Part shown: piece after piece, positions 62,787-64,000 of the stretch
How the letters are laid out: each line of letters opens with the position of its first letter
Numbering within the stretch: position 1 is the first letter of the stretch
From: Octopus sinensis
Lineage: Eukaryota
Assembly (NCBI RefSeq): GCF_006345805.1
Contig: NC_043007.1
Span: 14,508,001 to 14,572,000, forward strand
Reading direction: 5' to 3'
Length of the DNA: 64,000 nucleotides
Program-made: the position numbers and the translations under genes
The notes under the pieces: generated by a model
Databases searched by the model: none
What the model was told of the DNA's origin: nothing
Seen by the model: only the letters and a program-made list of their open reading frames with translations

Positions 62787-63011
62787 ATTTCGTTTCTGGA
62801 TTTGGTTTGCAAGATTCTTTATATGAGTTTGTGTGTTGAAGCATATTCTATTGTGTCTGGGGAGAGTCATTTTCATTTTGTGTCGTATTGAAAAGGTTGC
62901 AAGACACAATGAAAATTTTAGGATAATAAAAATAAGAAAAACCTGGAAATTTTACCGGTGTGTTACATAATAAGGCACAAAAAGAAAACGGCTCCCCCCA
63001 GACACAATAGA
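62787..63011. mobile_element. Penelope-like inverted insertion, family F, copy 3
   Basis: Arms truncated at different points; TSD atattttcataatat. Confidence 0.6.
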
Positions 63012-63520
63012 ATATTTTCATAATATTCATCTAAATTCCAGCCTTGAGCTCTTCTAACCTGAAGTCTTTACAATACAACAGTTTAACCTACTTCCAAAAG
63101 TGAGTTCATATATTGATTCACAAGGAATTGAGATATATTAATTAGTAAAGCAAATGAGTGAATCACAACAAAAACAGGAAAAAAGAAAAGAAAAAAAAAA
63201 ACATCCTAAATAGTTGAGTCAGCCATAGATACTAATACAAGTCTTTGACAACTTATAATGGTAGAATGTACCATTAGTGTCAACATACAAGTCTTTAGAA
63301 AGTAAAAGGAATCTTCTTCCAAACACAGTTACTAATTAGTTCTGATAATTGGTTCTGATTCGTCAGCATAGTTAGTGAAAATGTTTTGAATAATTTACAT
63401 CACTTTTAATATTACAGAGTCCGATAAGTCAGTGTCTAGTCTTTTATATATGTTCTGTATTTCCTGGCATTGATTGAAGTTACAACTTTTTAATGGGGTG
63501 TCTGTTCAGGGTATTTATTT

Positions 63521-63812
63521 GTGGAGGCACATGGCCTAGTGGTTAGAGCAGCGGACTCGCAGTTGAGGGATCGCGTGTTCAAATCTCAGACCGGGCGATG
63601 TGCGTGTTTATGAGCGAAACACCTAAGCTACACGCAGCTCCGGCAGAAGGTAATGGCGAACTTCTGACTCTCTCGCCACAACTTTCTCTCATTCTTTCTT
63701 CCTGCATCTTGCAGCTCACCCGCGACAGACCGGCGTCCCGTCCAGGTGGGGAACCTATACGCCAAAGAAACCGGGAAACCGGCCCTAGTGAGCCAGGCAT
63801 GGCTCGAGAAGG
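63521..63812 (+). mobile_element. SINE family C
   Basis: Consensus match. Confidence 0.85.
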
Positions 63813-64000
63813 TATTTATTTGGATGCCTAAAGAAAGGATCACTTGAAACATTGGAGAAACCAAAGGAACAAATATACAAAAAGTTCTAAATCTTTTGTT
63901 TGACAAGCATCTTTGGTACTGTACCTGTGTAAACAACCAGATATAACCACTGACTGAATGTCATTATCTATGCAGTGTATGTACACCATCTTTTATATAT

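Noticed and set aside
63300-64000. Possible decayed coding or TE sequence around the last SINE C
   Set aside because: No motif I can identify; needs a database search.

Overview
AT-rich, repeat-dense eukaryotic DNA; the SINE repertoire strongly suggests an octopus genome. One multi-exon gene runs through almost the whole window on the minus strand: the UBR1/UBR2-type N-recognin E3 ubiquitin ligase. I traced 37 GT-AG exons in a continuous reading frame from 59732 down to 1595, covering the UBR box, ClpS-like N-domain, winged-helix region and RING-H2. The first coding exon and the 3' part lie outside the window. The introns hold several tRNA-headed SINE families, a (GAT)n-tailed non-autonomous retroelement family, CR1 and RTE LINE 3' ends, a near-complete DD34D mariner, a decayed DD37D element, TTAA MITEs, a non-autonomous Helitron, Penelope-like inverted insertions and four tandem arrays. 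The most notable observation is a pair of paralogous 99-nt phase-0 exons (35048-35146 and 33265-33363) that look mutually exclusive. The two ends of the intron between them are complementary (34993-35028 vs 33414-33446), suggesting an RNA duplex that sterically prevents joining of the two exons. All coordinates were read by eye; repeat boundaries are approximate.
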